A DNA stretch of 55,598 nt. Source: Alphaproteobacteria bacterium. GTDB lineage: Bacteria > Pseudomonadota > Alphaproteobacteria > Rs-D84 > CACZYB01. Made by a program: the position numbers and the translations under genes. Numbering within the stretch: position 1 is the first letter of the stretch; each line of letters starts with the position of its first letter. This document shows positions 10,412 through 20,360 of this stretch, in pieces. The stretch spans positions 1-55,598 of the forward strand of contig WQWV01000003.1 in the NCBI GenBank assembly GCA_009785175.1, read 5' to 3'. Below the pieces are notes generated by a model. The model was given only the letters and a program-made list of their open reading frames with translations, searched no databases and was not told where the DNA came from.

Positions 10412-10604
10412 GGGTGAAGGCGGGTCGGCGTGGTTTGCTGGAGCGCAAGCGCTTAGCTATAAATCTTGTCCAGCGGAGTCGGCGTTCTCCTACGTCGAGC
10501 TGTCCACCGGAGGGGGATTTGGGGTTATTCTTGACTTTTAATTTATCGACGCGTAAAATCCCCATATCGTTGAGGGGCGATTTAACAAGATTCGGAGGTC
10601 GCCC

Positions 10605-11780
10605 ATGATAACAAATCACAACACCGATATTTGCGTCGACGCACACCTTCACGCGCGCCAGCCCGGCACGAACGGTATATTCGAAGCGGTAGTGCCGACA
10701 TACGTCCGCAACTCGGCCGGCTTGTATATGATGAACTTTCCCACGCCGCTTGACCTTGGCGATACGCGCGCGGCGCTTGCCGAATGTTGGCGCTATTGGG
10801 ACGAGATAAAGAAAATCGCGGCGGTGGTCAATCCGAATCACAAGGCTATCCTTATGCCCGTGATGGCCGACAAGTGGACGCCGAAGCAGCTTGACGATTT
10901 CATAAAATCCGCGAAGGGCGCCGGTCTGCCGCTTGCGGGATTCAAACTTTTCCCACGCGGGCAGAGCACAAATTCCGATGACGCGCCGACGTTTGAAAAC
11001 GCGGTGAAGCTTATGGACGTTGTCGAGGACAATGGTCTTGTCGTCGCAATTCATGGCGAGAGTCTGGTCGAGCCGAACGCCAGCCATAAGGAAGAAAAGT
11101 TCGTCGAGCATATTTTGCCACATCTTCTTGTCCGCGAAGACGGAACGCCGCGCAATCCCAAGAAAATTTCGTTCGAGCACATAACAACTATCCTTGCGTT
11201 GAGGTTTGCGAAAGAGGCCGGGATTTACTATTCAATCACTCCGCACCACACGGTATTTTTTCAGGAGATGTTCGGGATTGCCAATACGTTCGAGGCCGAA
11301 AAAATCCTCCGTGAAAAATATCCGCATTTCTTTTGCAAGCCTATTGTGCAAACTGCGCTCAATGCCTTGGCTATGCGGAAAGAATGGATCTGTGGGAACA
11401 GCTCGCGGCTTATCATCGGGACGGACAACGCGCCGCACCTTGAGGCCAACAAAATCGCGCCCGACGCGTCAAAGCGTTTCGCCGGAATGTATTGGGGCGA
11501 TACGGTCGAGGGTTATACAACCGCGCTTTATCCCGACCTAGGTCCCGAGCGGGTCCTTGAAAACATAAGGAAATATTCTAAAAACGCGTGCAACCTGTAT
11601 TCCCATGTCCTTGATTACGACAAGCTTTCGCCCCGCGTGCCGGCGCCGATGAGCGAGGAAAAATCCGACATAGTCAAAAGTGTCGCGGATATGAAAGTTC
11701 CCATGAGCTGTGATGATGAGGTCTTTGCAACCGCAGCCATGGCTGCCGCGCGGAATATGCTGTTAGAAATCAACAGGTAG
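10605..11780 (+). CDS. pyrC: Dihydroorotase (divergent, E. coli PyrC-type)
   Basis: DAHLHAR, GFKLFP, IHGE, FEHITT, ITPHH, FCKP and GTDNAPH motifs. Confidence 0.8.
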   Translation: MITNHNTDICVDAHLHARQPGTNGIFEAVVPTYVRNSAGLYMMNFPTPLDLGDTRAALAECWRYWDEIKKIAAVVNPNHKAILMPVMADKWTPKQLDDFIKSAKGAGLPLAGFKLFPRGQSTNSDDAPTFENAVKLMDVVEDNGLVVAIHGESLVEPNASHKEEKFVEHILPHLLVREDGTPRNPKKISFEHITTILALRFAKEAGIYYSITPHHTVFFQEMFGIANTFEAEKILREKYPHFFCKPIVQTALNALAMRKEWICGNSSRLIIGTDNAPHLEANKIAPDASKRFAGMYWGDTVEGYTTALYPDLGPERVLENIRKYSKNACNLYSHVLDYDKLSPRVPAPMSEEKSDIVKSVADMKVPMSCDDEVFATAAMAAARNMLLEINR

Positions 11781-12816
11781 GGGTTGTGGCGGCGCACTTT
11801 ACAAAATGCGCGGCCAGATGGTGGTAATGCACGTGCATGCCGATATAGTCGTGCCGGCTTTGTCCCTCGACTTGACCAAGATACAAGTTCTGACCTTGGG
11901 CCAGAATGTTTTGCGGGCGCGTAATCAACTCCCCGAGCCGCCAGCGTTCGACAACCGCGGCGCCAAGCGTAGGTTTCAATTCTGTTTTTAGGAATTCGAG
12001 CAGCTCGATCGTCCTTACGGTGTTCAGCGACTTATGATCCATGCTATAAATTAATTCGACGAGCATAAAATCCTGGTCCTCGAGTTTCAAGCCCTGGGAC
12101 TTAAGGAATTCGCATGTTTCCCCGAACACGCGCAAGAACCCGTTGCATTTGCGGCCAGTGAACCTTAGATCGCTTTGCGAATCCCCGTGTTGGAAGTAAT
12201 TATAAAGCGGAATGTTAAGATGGCGCATGGAGCGCGCGTGGGCAAGGTATTGCAATACGAAAGAGGCGTCGTCCTGTGGCCCCGAGGTGAAACGAAGGGC
12301 GTGGCGGCGAACGATTTCCATTTTGAAAATCTTGTTCCATAAAACCTTGTTGATATGAAACTTGTCCCACTGGGTAAGGTTGTCGGTGCCGGCGGGCAGG
12401 GCATGGGGGGGGGTGCACATATACTGATAGTTGGATGCGGCGGAGGCGGAGTCGCCAACAACATGGCAATCGCAAACCGCAAGGTCGGAGCCGGATTCGA
12501 TCACGGTCGTCATAAGCTCGACGGCGTTTATTTCATACCAATCGTCCGCGTCGCAAAACATGAGGTATTCTCCGGTAGCGGCGGCAAGGCCGGTTTCGCG
12601 CGAATGGCCGGATCCCGGCTTGCTTTCGAACAGATACTTGAATCGCGGATCTGCGGCGGCGAAATCTTTGATTATACTTTTGGAGGCGTCGGTAGAGTTG
12701 TTATCGACGCAAATGACTTCTATATTTTCATAAGTTTGCGAACCAAGAGAATCAAGCGCGCGGGTCAACCAGGCTTCGGCGTTATAGACAGGCATTATGA
12801 TTGAAACGAGCGGCAT
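11770..12816 (-). CDS. Glycosyltransferase family 2
   Basis: MPLVSIIMPVYNAE...VICVDNNSTD...GEYLMFCDADDW...LWNKIF; contains a C9 tract at 12405..12413. Confidence 0.92.
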   Translation of the reverse strand: MPLVSIIMPVYNAEAWLTRALDSLGSQTYENIEVICVDNNSTDASKSIIKDFAAADPRFKYLFESKPGSGHSRETGLAAATGEYLMFCDADDWYEINAVELMTTVIESGSDLAVCDCHVVGDSASAASNYQYMCTPPHALPAGTDNLTQWDKFHINKVLWNKIFKMEIVRRHALRFTSGPQDDASFVLQYLAHARSMRHLNIPLYNYFQHGDSQSDLRFTGRKCNGFLRVFGETCEFLKSQGLKLEDQDFMLVELIYSMDHKSLNTVRTIELLEFLKTELKPTLGAAVVERWRLGELITRPQNILAQGQNLYLGQVEGQSRHDYIGMHVHYHHLAAHFVKCAATTPTC

Positions 12817-12849
12817 AATTCTTTCCTTTTGGATAGTATATTTGAGGAC

Positions 12850-12878
12850 TTGACAAATCGCAAGAGTCAATATAGAAT
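12850..12878 (+). promoter_or_regulatory. Sigma70 promoter upstream of the rpsP leader
   Basis: TTGACA-17 bp-TAGAAT. Confidence 0.75.
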
Positions 12879-12983
12879 TCGGGCAAATCTCCGTATTGGA
12901 GCTATGAGGCAGCCTGCGCCTTGAACGATGGGCATTGCAAACGACGAGTTTTCGCCCTTTGCAAGGAAATGCTTTATAACAAT

Positions 12984-13011
12984 TGGATTCCGGGTCGTTG
13001 CCCGGAATGAC
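12984..13011. repeat. REP-like repeat (solo unit)
   Basis: TGGATTCCGGGTCGTTGCCCGGAATGAC. Confidence 0.85.
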
Positions 13012-13038
13012 AAAGAAAGAAAAACGAAAGGACATAAT

Positions 13039-13548
13039 ATGTCAGTCAAAATACGCCTCGCCCGCTTCGGTGCAAAAAAACGCCCTTATTTCCACATCGT
13101 AGTGGCCGATTCCCGCAATCCCCGCGACGGTAGCTTTATCGAGCAGGTCGGAACATACAATCCCATGATCGAAAAAACCGCGCCGGGCGCGTTGGTTCTT
13201 AACGCCGAGCGTATCAAATACTGGCTTGGTGTAGGTGCACAGGCGACCGACCGCGTTGCCCGCTTTATCGCAAACGCAGGAATCGGTGCCGCCTATGTCG
13301 CGAAAACCAACCAGCCCAAGAAGTCCGCGCCCAAGGCCAAAGCCCAGGAGCGCCTGAAGCTTGCCGCAGCAGCCGCCGAGGAAAAGGCCGCAGCAGAAGC
13401 CGCCGCAAAGGCCGAGGCCGAGAAAGCCTTTGAAGCCGTGGTCGAGGAGAAAATAGAGGAGGCTACCGAGGTTGCCCCTGCTGAAGTTGCGGTTGAGGCT
13501 GCGCCTGTTGTTGAAGCCGCTACTGCGGAAGAGCCCAAGGCCGAATAA
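13039..13548 (+). CDS. rpsP: 30S ribosomal protein S16 with Ala/Glu-rich C-terminal extension
   Basis: [31 protein letters not shown]...VGTYNPM. Confidence 0.97.
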   Translation: MSVKIRLARFGAKKRPYFHIVVADSRNPRDGSFIEQVGTYNPMIEKTAPGALVLNAERIKYWLGVGAQATDRVARFIANAGIGAAYVAKTNQPKKSAPKAKAQERLKLAAAAAEEKAAAEAAAKAEAEKAFEAVVEEKIEEATEVAPAEVAVEAAPVVEAATAEEPKAE

Positions 13549-13555
13549 TTATCTT

Positions 13556-13638
13556 GTCATACCGGGCTTGACCCGGTATCCTGAAAATGATATATTTATA
13601 ACTGGATTCCGGGTCGCGTTATGCTTGCCCGGAATGAC
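13556..13638. repeat. REP-like inverted dimer
   Basis: GTCATACCGGGCTTGACCCGGTATCC...TGGATTCCGGG...CCCGGAATGAC. Confidence 0.85.
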
Positions 13639-13659
13639 ATTATGAAAGGCTGGCTTAAA

Positions 13660-14307
13660 ATGGGATTCCATAAAGTAAAAAGACAAGAAAACCATGCGCG
13701 AGAGGCCGTAATTGCGCTTAAGATTTTCGAGAAGGCGTCCGACATGCTTCGTTATCAAACCGGCAATCCGGTTGAAATTTATGAAATAGCGCCCGGGGTC
13801 AAGGCCGTGGTTGCCGAGTTCAAGACCGGAGAGCCGCACGAATTTATGCTTGAATATCATCAAGAAAACACCGTCGGCGAAAAGATACACGATGTCCATG
13901 TATATATATCGGGCAAGCCTTCGTATCTTTATGCCGGAAGGCCGGGACAATTTCCAAACGGATTGCGCCAAGATGGTTATGATCCCGCCCCGAATGCAAC
14001 AGATTTCCTTGCCGGAACGGCCAAAGACTATCGCGAAAAGTTGAAGATGCGCCGCCTTGACAAGAACACGTTCGCGCATTTCAAACCCGGAGAAGTTCAT
14101 TCGCAAAAAAATCACAACGTGCATTTGCGCGGATCGCTTGACGGCCGAAAAATCGTCTTCAAAATCGCCGAGGGCGCCCAGGTTCCATCGACCGACGACG
14201 TGCTTAAATTCATAGCCGAGATAGAGAGGCGAATCGACGCGCACGATCTTGTCGCCGGCAATGCCGCCAAAGCCGCAAGGGCGAAAAAACTTCGCAGGGG
14301 AAGATGA
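13660..14307 (+). CDS. Hypothetical protein inserted between rpsP and rimM
   Basis: About 215-aa ORF with an ATGA overlap to rimM; no recognisable motif. Confidence 0.7.
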   Translation: MGFHKVKRQENHAREAVIALKIFEKASDMLRYQTGNPVEIYEIAPGVKAVVAEFKTGEPHEFMLEYHQENTVGEKIHDVHVYISGKPSYLYAGRPGQFPNGLRQDGYDPAPNATDFLAGTAKDYREKLKMRRLDKNTFAHFKPGEVHSQKNHNVHLRGSLDGRKIVFKIAEGAQVPSTDDVLKFIAEIERRIDAHDLVAGNAAKAARAKKLRRGR

Positions 14308-14741
14308 TTCCGGTCCTTAAGATCGTCGGGTGCCACGCGCTTAAAGGCGGGCTTAAAATTCAATCTTATGTCGAAGATTTTGTCGGTTTGCCGTTGACGT
14401 TTTCCGACGGGCGGGCGGCGAAGGTGCTTTCGTTCAATCCTCATAACGGGGTAATTTTTTTAGAGGGCGTGGCCGATCGGAATGCGGCCGAGGCGTTGCG
14501 CGGCGCGGAGCTTTTCACCGCGCGTTCGAATTTGGTGGGCGATGGCGAAGTTTTGCTTGACGAAGTGATCGGATTTGCCGTGTCCGGCGGAGGGGTTGTC
14601 GTCGACCGATTTAATTACGGCGGGGGCGACGTGCTTGAAATCGAACGCGATGGGCGGCGCAAATGTATCCTCGTGGCGCAGGTGAAGGGGATTGATTCCG
14701 ACGCGAAATTTGTTGAAATTGACGAGGACTATCTTGTTTAA
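14304..14741 (+). CDS. rimM: 16S rRNA processing protein RimM
   Basis: IVGCHALKGGLKI, GVADRNAAEALRG, NYGGGDVLEI; located before trmD. Confidence 0.9.
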   Translation: MIPVLKIVGCHALKGGLKIQSYVEDFVGLPLTFSDGRAAKVLSFNPHNGVIFLEGVADRNAAEALRGAELFTARSNLVGDGEVLLDEVIGFAVSGGGVVVDRFNYGGGDVLEIERDGRRKCILVAQVKGIDSDAKFVEIDEDYLV

Positions 14742-14747
14742 TATTAT

Positions 14748-14843
14748 ATCAGAGCGAAGCCACCTAAGCCGGCAGGGCGGCGATGCCGTAAGGCGCGCAC
14801 CCCTGCGTGCGGCGGCGTGGTGCGCGCAGCTCTTCGAGCTGGA
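14748..14843 (+). repeat. GC-rich intergenic repeat family 2
   Basis: AGAGCGAAGCCACC..GCCGGCAGGG also at about 31473; GCGCGCAGCTC also at about 31783; inverted relative at 37504..37600. Confidence 0.65.
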
Positions 14844-14852
14844 ATAGCAATC

Positions 14853-15536
14853 ATGACTTTCAAAGCAAACATTCTAACCCTTTTCCCCGAAATGTTCGAG
14901 GCGCTCAAGCACTCGATCACCGGGCGTGCGATCGGCGAGGGGAAGCTCGCGCTTAATTTGATCAACATACGCGATTTTGCCGAAGGAAATTACAAGGCGG
15001 TCGACGATGCGCCTTATGGTGGCGGTGCCGGTCAGGTCATGCGCGCGGATGTGCTTGGCCGAGCGATTGATTCGGTCGGCGGTGCGGCGCCGATATTTTA
15101 TCTTTCGCCGCGCGGAGAAAAATTCTCGCAAAAGATGGCCGAGGAATGGGCGCGACTTGGCGAAGCTACTTTTATCTGCGGTCATTACGAAGGGATCGAC
15201 GAGCGGGTTTTGGAGTATTATGGCGCTCGCGAAATATCGCTTGGCGATTTTGTGGTTTCCGGCGGCGAGGTCGCGATTCTGCCTATGCTTGATGCCGTGT
15301 CGCGATTGGTCGACGGGGTTTTGGGCGCCAAAGAATCGCTTGACGACGAAAGCTTTTCCGCCTCACTTGACGGTGGGCTTGAATATCCCCAATACACCCG
15401 GCCCGAGGAGTGGCGCGGGCTTCGCGTGCCGGAAGTTTTGACTAGCGGTCATCATAAGAATATAGAAAAATGGCGGCGGGAGAAGTCAGAGGAATTGACC
15501 GCGGAACGTCGGCCGGATCTTAAGGATTTCAAATAA
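14853..15536 (+). CDS. trmD: tRNA (guanine37-N1)-methyltransferase
   Basis: VDDAPYGGGAG, YLSPRG, CGHYEGIDER, SLGDFVVSGGE, LEYPQYTRP, SGHH. Confidence 0.98.
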   Translation: MTFKANILTLFPEMFEALKHSITGRAIGEGKLALNLINIRDFAEGNYKAVDDAPYGGGAGQVMRADVLGRAIDSVGGAAPIFYLSPRGEKFSQKMAEEWARLGEATFICGHYEGIDERVLEYYGAREISLGDFVVSGGEVAILPMLDAVSRLVDGVLGAKESLDDESFSASLDGGLEYPQYTRPEEWRGLRVPEVLTSGHHKNIEKWRREKSEELTAERRPDLKDFK

Positions 15537-15728
15537 CGTATTCAGAAGCTTATGAATCGCGCGCGCCTAAAGGCGTAGCTTAAAATCCCCCAGGCGGAGC
15601 CTGCGCTCTCGTTGCCTCGAGCTCTCCGCCAGGGAGATTTGCTTGTGGGAAATAATGCTTGAGAATCCTAGTTGACAAATATTCCTATACGTCTTAAAAT
15701 CCGATAAATTTAATCAAAAAGGTAAAAA

Positions 15729-16118
15729 ATGAAAAAAGCCTTATTCTGTTTTATTTTGTGCTCGATACTAACTTGCGCGGGTGCAGCGGGCCGCGTGTCA
15801 AAGGGCGAAAACTTCCAATCGGGAAAAAACGCGCCCGAGCTTGCCTATGCCCCGGGATCCGACGTATGTCTTAGCGTGTCCGACTTATGGCTTGGCGGGT
15901 GTCCACAGCTTGCGCAAGAAGATTACGATTCCGTATACATCTATGCAACGCAATATTCAGACGACTATGTCCAAGATTCGCTTGTTTTCAAAATGAAAAA
16001 CGGGAAACGCATAAACCTTACGTTCAAAGGTTGCGGACCCGAGTGTTCGCGCGGGCTTCCGGTCGACGACGACAAGTTCGACCTTATTATCCGACAGAGA
16101 AAAGGGAAGCGGAAATGA
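15729..16118 (+). CDS. Hypothetical secreted protein
   Basis: Signal-peptide-like MKKALFCFILCSILTCAGA; own promoter TTGACA(15672)-17-TAAAAT. Confidence 0.7.
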   Translation: MKKALFCFILCSILTCAGAAGRVSKGENFQSGKNAPELAYAPGSDVCLSVSDLWLGGCPQLAQEDYDSVYIYATQYSDDYVQDSLVFKMKNGKRINLTFKGCGPECSRGLPVDDDKFDLIIRQRKGKRK

Positions 16119-16909
16119 AAAGGGTGAAAAACAAGATCCCCGAGGGTTTCTTCGATCTTAGCGGCATAGACATAAAGCCCATCGAAATCGGCCTTGCCCT
16201 TAGCTTGTTCGGGGACGATAAAGCCAAATACAACTTCAAGCCCTCGTTTATCGCGCGGATCGACAGTGTCCTTAGGGGTAGCCAAAGAAAAACCGCACGC
16301 GTAATAATGAAGCACGAGTTCCATCCGATATACATCACCTCGAACGGAGATATGCTTGATTTATCGGGCAGCCTTAAACTTGAAAACCTCAATTCCTCGG
16401 GGGACAGGTTCGCGACCCTTAAACACGGCGACGTCATCGAATACGAGGTCGGTCGCGACGGCAGGGCCCGAATAATCTCGGCGCTTCTTAGCGATAAGAA
16501 ATTCGCGTTCAGCTGTGATTGCGAAAAATGCGGAGGCGATAAGTGCATCATGCGCAAGAACGGATTTTGCGAACACGGAATCGTGGAATTTCATGGAGCT
16601 CCCGTCGGCGAAGTTAGGACCCATGAATGCTTTGGCAGGAAGGATACCGATATATCCGAGGTTTTTCGCATCGCGGAGCAGATCGTCCTTTTGCGCGACA
16701 ACCCGAAAATATTTGCCGAAGAGGTGGAAACAATCGACAATGAACTTGGGGGATATGCCGATAACTACACCTCTGTGCTTTATTTGGCCGAGCGTTATAA
16801 TGCAAGGAAGCGCATAAGGGCGCGTATCGCGGAAATGAGGGCCATGGGCGAACTTTATACCGAACATGCCGGCGCATCCTATCTTAAAGCCGTGCAAAAA
16901 GGGAATTGA
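16115..16909 (+). CDS. Hypothetical protein with Cys cluster
   Basis: ATGA overlap at 16115; contains SCDCEKCGGDKC...FCEHG. Confidence 0.7.
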   Translation: MKRVKNKIPEGFFDLSGIDIKPIEIGLALSLFGDDKAKYNFKPSFIARIDSVLRGSQRKTARVIMKHEFHPIYITSNGDMLDLSGSLKLENLNSSGDRFATLKHGDVIEYEVGRDGRARIISALLSDKKFAFSCDCEKCGGDKCIMRKNGFCEHGIVEFHGAPVGEVRTHECFGRKDTDISEVFRIAEQIVLLRDNPKIFAEEVETIDNELGGYADNYTSVLYLAERYNARKRIRARIAEMRAMGELYTEHAGASYLKAVQKGN

Positions 16910-17053
16910 AAAACAGGCCGCATGTATACGTCCCCATGGACAGCGCTCTTGCCGTCGAGGAAGCGATGCGGACGAGTGTAAAATAGGCTTGACATTTGGT
17001 CGCCCAGCCTATAGAATGTCGGCACTTTAATGAATTTGTAAAGGTTTATTACC

Positions 17054-17350
17054 ATGTCAAGAATTTGTGCAGTTTCGGGAAAAGCGCCTATGTATGGCCA
17101 TAACGTCTCCCACGCAGAAAACAAAACGCAGCGGATTTTCCGCCCGAACCTTCATGAACTTTCCTTCTTTTCCGAGATTTTGGGAGCGTTCGTGAAGCTT
17201 AAGGTTTCCTCGCGCGGGGCAAAAACCATCGAGAAAAACGGCGGTATCGACGCTTATGTGCTTGGGCTTAAACCCTCGAAACTTACACCCGAGCTTAAGG
17301 CCCTTAAGAAACGCATCGAAGGCGCAAAGGCCAAAAAAGGAGTTAAATAA
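17054..17350 (+). CDS. rpmB: 50S ribosomal protein L28
   Basis: MSRICAVSGK...GHNVSHAENKTQRIFRPNL; promoter TTGACA(16989)-17-TAGAAT. Confidence 0.97.
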   Translation: MSRICAVSGKAPMYGHNVSHAENKTQRIFRPNLHELSFFSEILGAFVKLKVSSRGAKTIEKNGGIDAYVLGLKPSKLTPELKALKKRIEGAKAKKGVK

Positions 17351-17526
17351 TGTCGAAAAAATCCAAAGGCTCGAAGATCCTTATCAAACTCCGCAATCCG
17401 GAAACCGGCACGTTCTATACGACCTATAGGAATACAAAATCCCAAAATACCCAGGAAAAGCTCAAGTTCCGCAAGTATGATCCTAAGACCCGCAAGCACG
17501 AGGAATTCGTGGAAAACAAAATCTAA
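17350..17526 (+). CDS. rpmG: 50S ribosomal protein L33 (below the ORF-track cutoff)
   Basis: Translated by hand: MSKKSKGSKILIKLRNPETGTFYTTYRNTKSQNTQEKLKFRKYDPKTRKHEEFVENKI*; TAATG-coupled to rpmB. Confidence 0.93.
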   Translation: MSKKSKGSKILIKLRNPETGTFYTTYRNTKSQNTQEKLKFRKYDPKTRKHEEFVENKI

Positions 17527-17546
17527 AAGCTTCTTTGTTGTTATGG

Positions 17547-17571
17547 GGAGCCTTTCGGGGCTCCTTTTTTT
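17547..17571 (+). terminator. Intrinsic terminator after rpmG
   Basis: GGAGCC-TTTC-GGGGCTCC followed by a T run. Confidence 0.8.
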
Positions 17572-17659
17572 ATGAAAGTTGTTATTGACAATAATTCATA
17601 TTATGTCTATAATGAAAATCGGCAAGTAGTTCATAGGGGCAAAAACCTAGGGGTTTTAA

Positions 17660-18979
17660 TTGAATAACAAGATACTTAAAAGAATAGTTTTCGTGGCGGC
17701 GCTGCTTGCGATGATTTGCGGCCAGAGTAGTCATATAAACGAAAAAACAAAACAGGAGTTGATGGCCATGGAACCGGACGCAAGCGTTGAAAACACTATG
17801 CATATCTATTCTTTCCTTAGGAACGAGGGGAGCAAGAAGCAGGCGGAAGATTTCTATACATTCGTGGAACTGACCAAACCCGGGCAGCTTAAATACGACG
17901 GGATACTTATGCACCACAGCGGCGGGCGGGAAAAGTATAGAAAGAAATTACAGGTCGGGGAAATAAGGGTGTTTTCGCTTCGCAATTCCAAAAACATTCC
18001 CTGTATAACCATCGAAATCGACGTTAAATCCAACCGTATCGGCCAAATCAGCGGGCACGGGGATACGAAAATAATCCATCCGAAATACCATGCGGCGATT
18101 TATGAATTCATGAAGTCGAAGGCCTTCGAGCTCGATTACAGATTCTATTCCCTGATACCCGTTATCGACATGCCCGACGGGTCCCACGTATTCCTTAAAC
18201 AGGTGGACGGCAATGTCGTCGCGAAAATGCGGGAAAATCCCGACGGGGTCAAGTTCCGGGGATTGGAGGGATATAAAAACGACGACGCCAGCCTGCGCCA
18301 GCTTTTGAAGGACGAGAGAATAGAGCATTTGAACATAGGCTCGCTTTCCGGGCTTGCGATTTTTGCGAATCTTTGGAAGTTCATTCCCGAGCGCGCCATA
18401 GACACCCTTGATTTCAAGGACAACTTCATACGCGCCGACGGAATGACATTGCTGGCCAGCGTATTGAAGGGCAACCCGCGTATTAAAAACCTGGACCTGC
18501 GTCGCAACTTCCTTAGGCTTGCCGGGGCGGAAACCTTGGCCGAATGCCTTAGGAACAACACCAACCTCGAGTTTATAAACATCACCGGAAACCATATTGG
18601 AAACGAGGGCGTCGAGGCGTTCGGGAGCGCGTTGAAGGACAACATGTCGCTTCGGCATCTGGACATATCCGAGAATGAAATAGGACGGCTCGATTTCAAT
18701 ATAATACTAATCTATCTGCTGACAAAGGCAGAATGGGCCCTGCAATTCGTGGATTCCAACATAAAGCATGCGGCAAGCGTGCGCGAACTTTTCGAAATCG
18801 CCGGCCGGCGCGGCGTGCCGCTTGAAATAAACCTCGACAAGAATTCCCTTGGACGCAAGGACAGGGATTTTGCGAACGACGTCTTTTATGAAACCAATGG
18901 AGATGTCAGGCATAATGCGGGGAAAAAAACGAGTTTGAGGGATGTCGCCGATTATGTCGCGCGGCGCCAGAGGTGGTAG
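17660..18979 (+). CDS. Leucine-rich-repeat protein (ribonuclease-inhibitor-type repeats) with a distinct N-terminal domain
   Basis: About 28-aa repeats [45 protein letters not shown]; promoter TTGACA(17585)-17-TATAAT; start codon uncertain. Confidence 0.8.
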   Translation: MNNKILKRIVFVAALLAMICGQSSHINEKTKQELMAMEPDASVENTMHIYSFLRNEGSKKQAEDFYTFVELTKPGQLKYDGILMHHSGGREKYRKKLQVGEIRVFSLRNSKNIPCITIEIDVKSNRIGQISGHGDTKIIHPKYHAAIYEFMKSKAFELDYRFYSLIPVIDMPDGSHVFLKQVDGNVVAKMRENPDGVKFRGLEGYKNDDASLRQLLKDERIEHLNIGSLSGLAIFANLWKFIPERAIDTLDFKDNFIRADGMTLLASVLKGNPRIKNLDLRRNFLRLAGAETLAECLRNNTNLEFINITGNHIGNEGVEAFGSALKDNMSLRHLDISENEIGRLDFNIILIYLLTKAEWALQFVDSNIKHAASVRELFEIAGRRGVPLEINLDKNSLGRKDRDFANDVFYETNGDVRHNAGKKTSLRDVADYVARRQRW

Positions 18980-19079
18980 GCCACGGGACACGAAGGGCCG
19001 TGCCCGGGCTATAAAAAATATCTTGCTTATTGGGGCGAACAATTCTAGTATCGAATCGAACGCTAAAAAAGGAGATAAA

Positions 19080-19568
19080 ATGGCTGGCTCAATGAACAAA
19101 GTTATACTTGTCGGAAACCTTGGAAACGATCCCGAAGTGAGGCATTCGCAGAACGGCGACAAGATTGTCACATTCAACATCGCGACTTCGGAAAATTGGA
19201 AAGACAAATCCGGCGAGCAGCAGACGCGCACCGAGTGGCACCGTGTCGTAATCTTCTCGCCCGGCTTGGCCGAGGTCGCGGAAAAGCACCTTCGCAAAGG
19301 CTCGAAGGCATACGTCGAGGGAACGCTTCGCACCCGCAAGTGGCAGGGCGACGACGGCAAGGACCGCTATACCACCGAAATTATTCTTTCGGGTTATAAC
19401 GGCTATATGATTCTTCTCGACAGGCCGGCGAATTCCGGTTCTGGATCGTATGGCGGCGAATCGCGCGGTGGTTCGGACGAAAAGCCCGCTGCGAAGTCTT
19501 CGGGCTGGGATAATTCGGACGCAGGCTCGACGGGGGCGGCGGCGCTTGACGACGAGATTCCGTTTTAA
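19080..19568 (+). CDS. ssb: Single-stranded DNA-binding protein
   Basis: [21 protein letters not shown]...TEWHRVV...LDDEIPF. Confidence 0.98.
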   Translation: MAGSMNKVILVGNLGNDPEVRHSQNGDKIVTFNIATSENWKDKSGEQQTRTEWHRVVIFSPGLAEVAEKHLRKGSKAYVEGTLRTRKWQGDDGKDRYTTEIILSGYNGYMILLDRPANSGSGSYGGESRGGSDEKPAAKSSGWDNSDAGSTGAAALDDEIPF

Positions 19569-19684
19569 GATTTAATATAACGTAATAAACCTAAATCTCC
19601 ATTTGTGGGCGGGTAAGCTAGGCCAAAGGCCGCGGCGAACTCGTGTGTGCACACTCGCAGTAAAACATTTTCCTAAAATAATGC

Positions 19685-19715
19685 TTGACAAAACACTTCC
19701 GGGGGGGGGTAAGTT
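19685..19715 (+). promoter_or_regulatory. Promoter with G9 tract in spacer
   Basis: TTGACA-AAACACTTCC-G9-TAAGTT; spacer 19 bp. Confidence 0.65.
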
Positions 19716-19770
19716 TGTCTATAGATTCGCAATAAAGCGATTCGCAAATTCTAGAAAAAGGGTATTAAAA

Positions 19771-20352
19771 ATGAAAAACGGTGTTGTGAAAAAAGCTCTT
19801 CTTATGGTCATTGTCGCCGCTATGGCAATCGCCAGCGTCGGGTGTGCGGAGAGCAAAGCAAAGCGAATCACCCAAAAAGAGCTTGACGAATGGGGGCTTA
19901 CTTTCGAAGAGGTCAGCGATATCGCCGCGGCACGGGCTTATATATCCATGGACGATGGCGATCCCTGCCTTAAGCTTGAAAGTGTATACTGCGAATATAG
20001 CGGTGAATATCTTGGGGGCAACGGCGGGCGCAAGTTCGGAGATCACAAAGAGTATGAAGAATGCTATCAAGAATTCATAGACCCTATCATGCGCGAATAT
20101 GAAAAGATAAAAAGCAAAGTGTATCAGGATTTCGAAGAGAGGGAAACGGATTGCGGCACCTCAATATGCTGGGGCAGGGCGACGATATATTTAGACTATA
20201 TAGTCAATTCCAAGGGAAAGAGGCTTTATGTGTCGGAACGCGGTCCCGATCGGGATTACAGAAAGGCCTATGGAGGCGAACGGGCGTATGCACGTCGCAT
20301 AGCCGCGCAGCAAAGGGCGCTTGCCGAAGCTACCAAAGGCGTGCGTAAGTAA
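19771..20352 (+). CDS. Hypothetical lipoprotein
   Basis: Basic N-terminus, hydrophobic core, lipobox-like ASVGC. Confidence 0.75.
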   Translation: MKNGVVKKALLMVIVAAMAIASVGCAESKAKRITQKELDEWGLTFEEVSDIAAARAYISMDDGDPCLKLESVYCEYSGEYLGGNGGRKFGDHKEYEECYQEFIDPIMREYEKIKSKVYQDFEERETDCGTSICWGRATIYLDYIVNSKGKRLYVSERGPDRDYRKAYGGERAYARRIAAQQRALAEATKGVRK

Positions 20353-20360
20353 AATAAGAT

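Noticed and set aside
12918-12930. CCTTGAAC, as in 6S RNA
   Set aside because: Only 8 nt match; the structured region is too short for 6S.
12937-12980. GCAAACGACGAG (ANDE...) resembling a tmRNA tag start
   Set aside because: The frame does not end in an AA-stop tag but runs into rpsP; no tRNA-like acceptor or T-arm pieces nearby.
13300-13548. Ala/Glu-rich tail of S16 as a fusion
   Set aside because: Low-complexity C-terminal extensions are common in S16.
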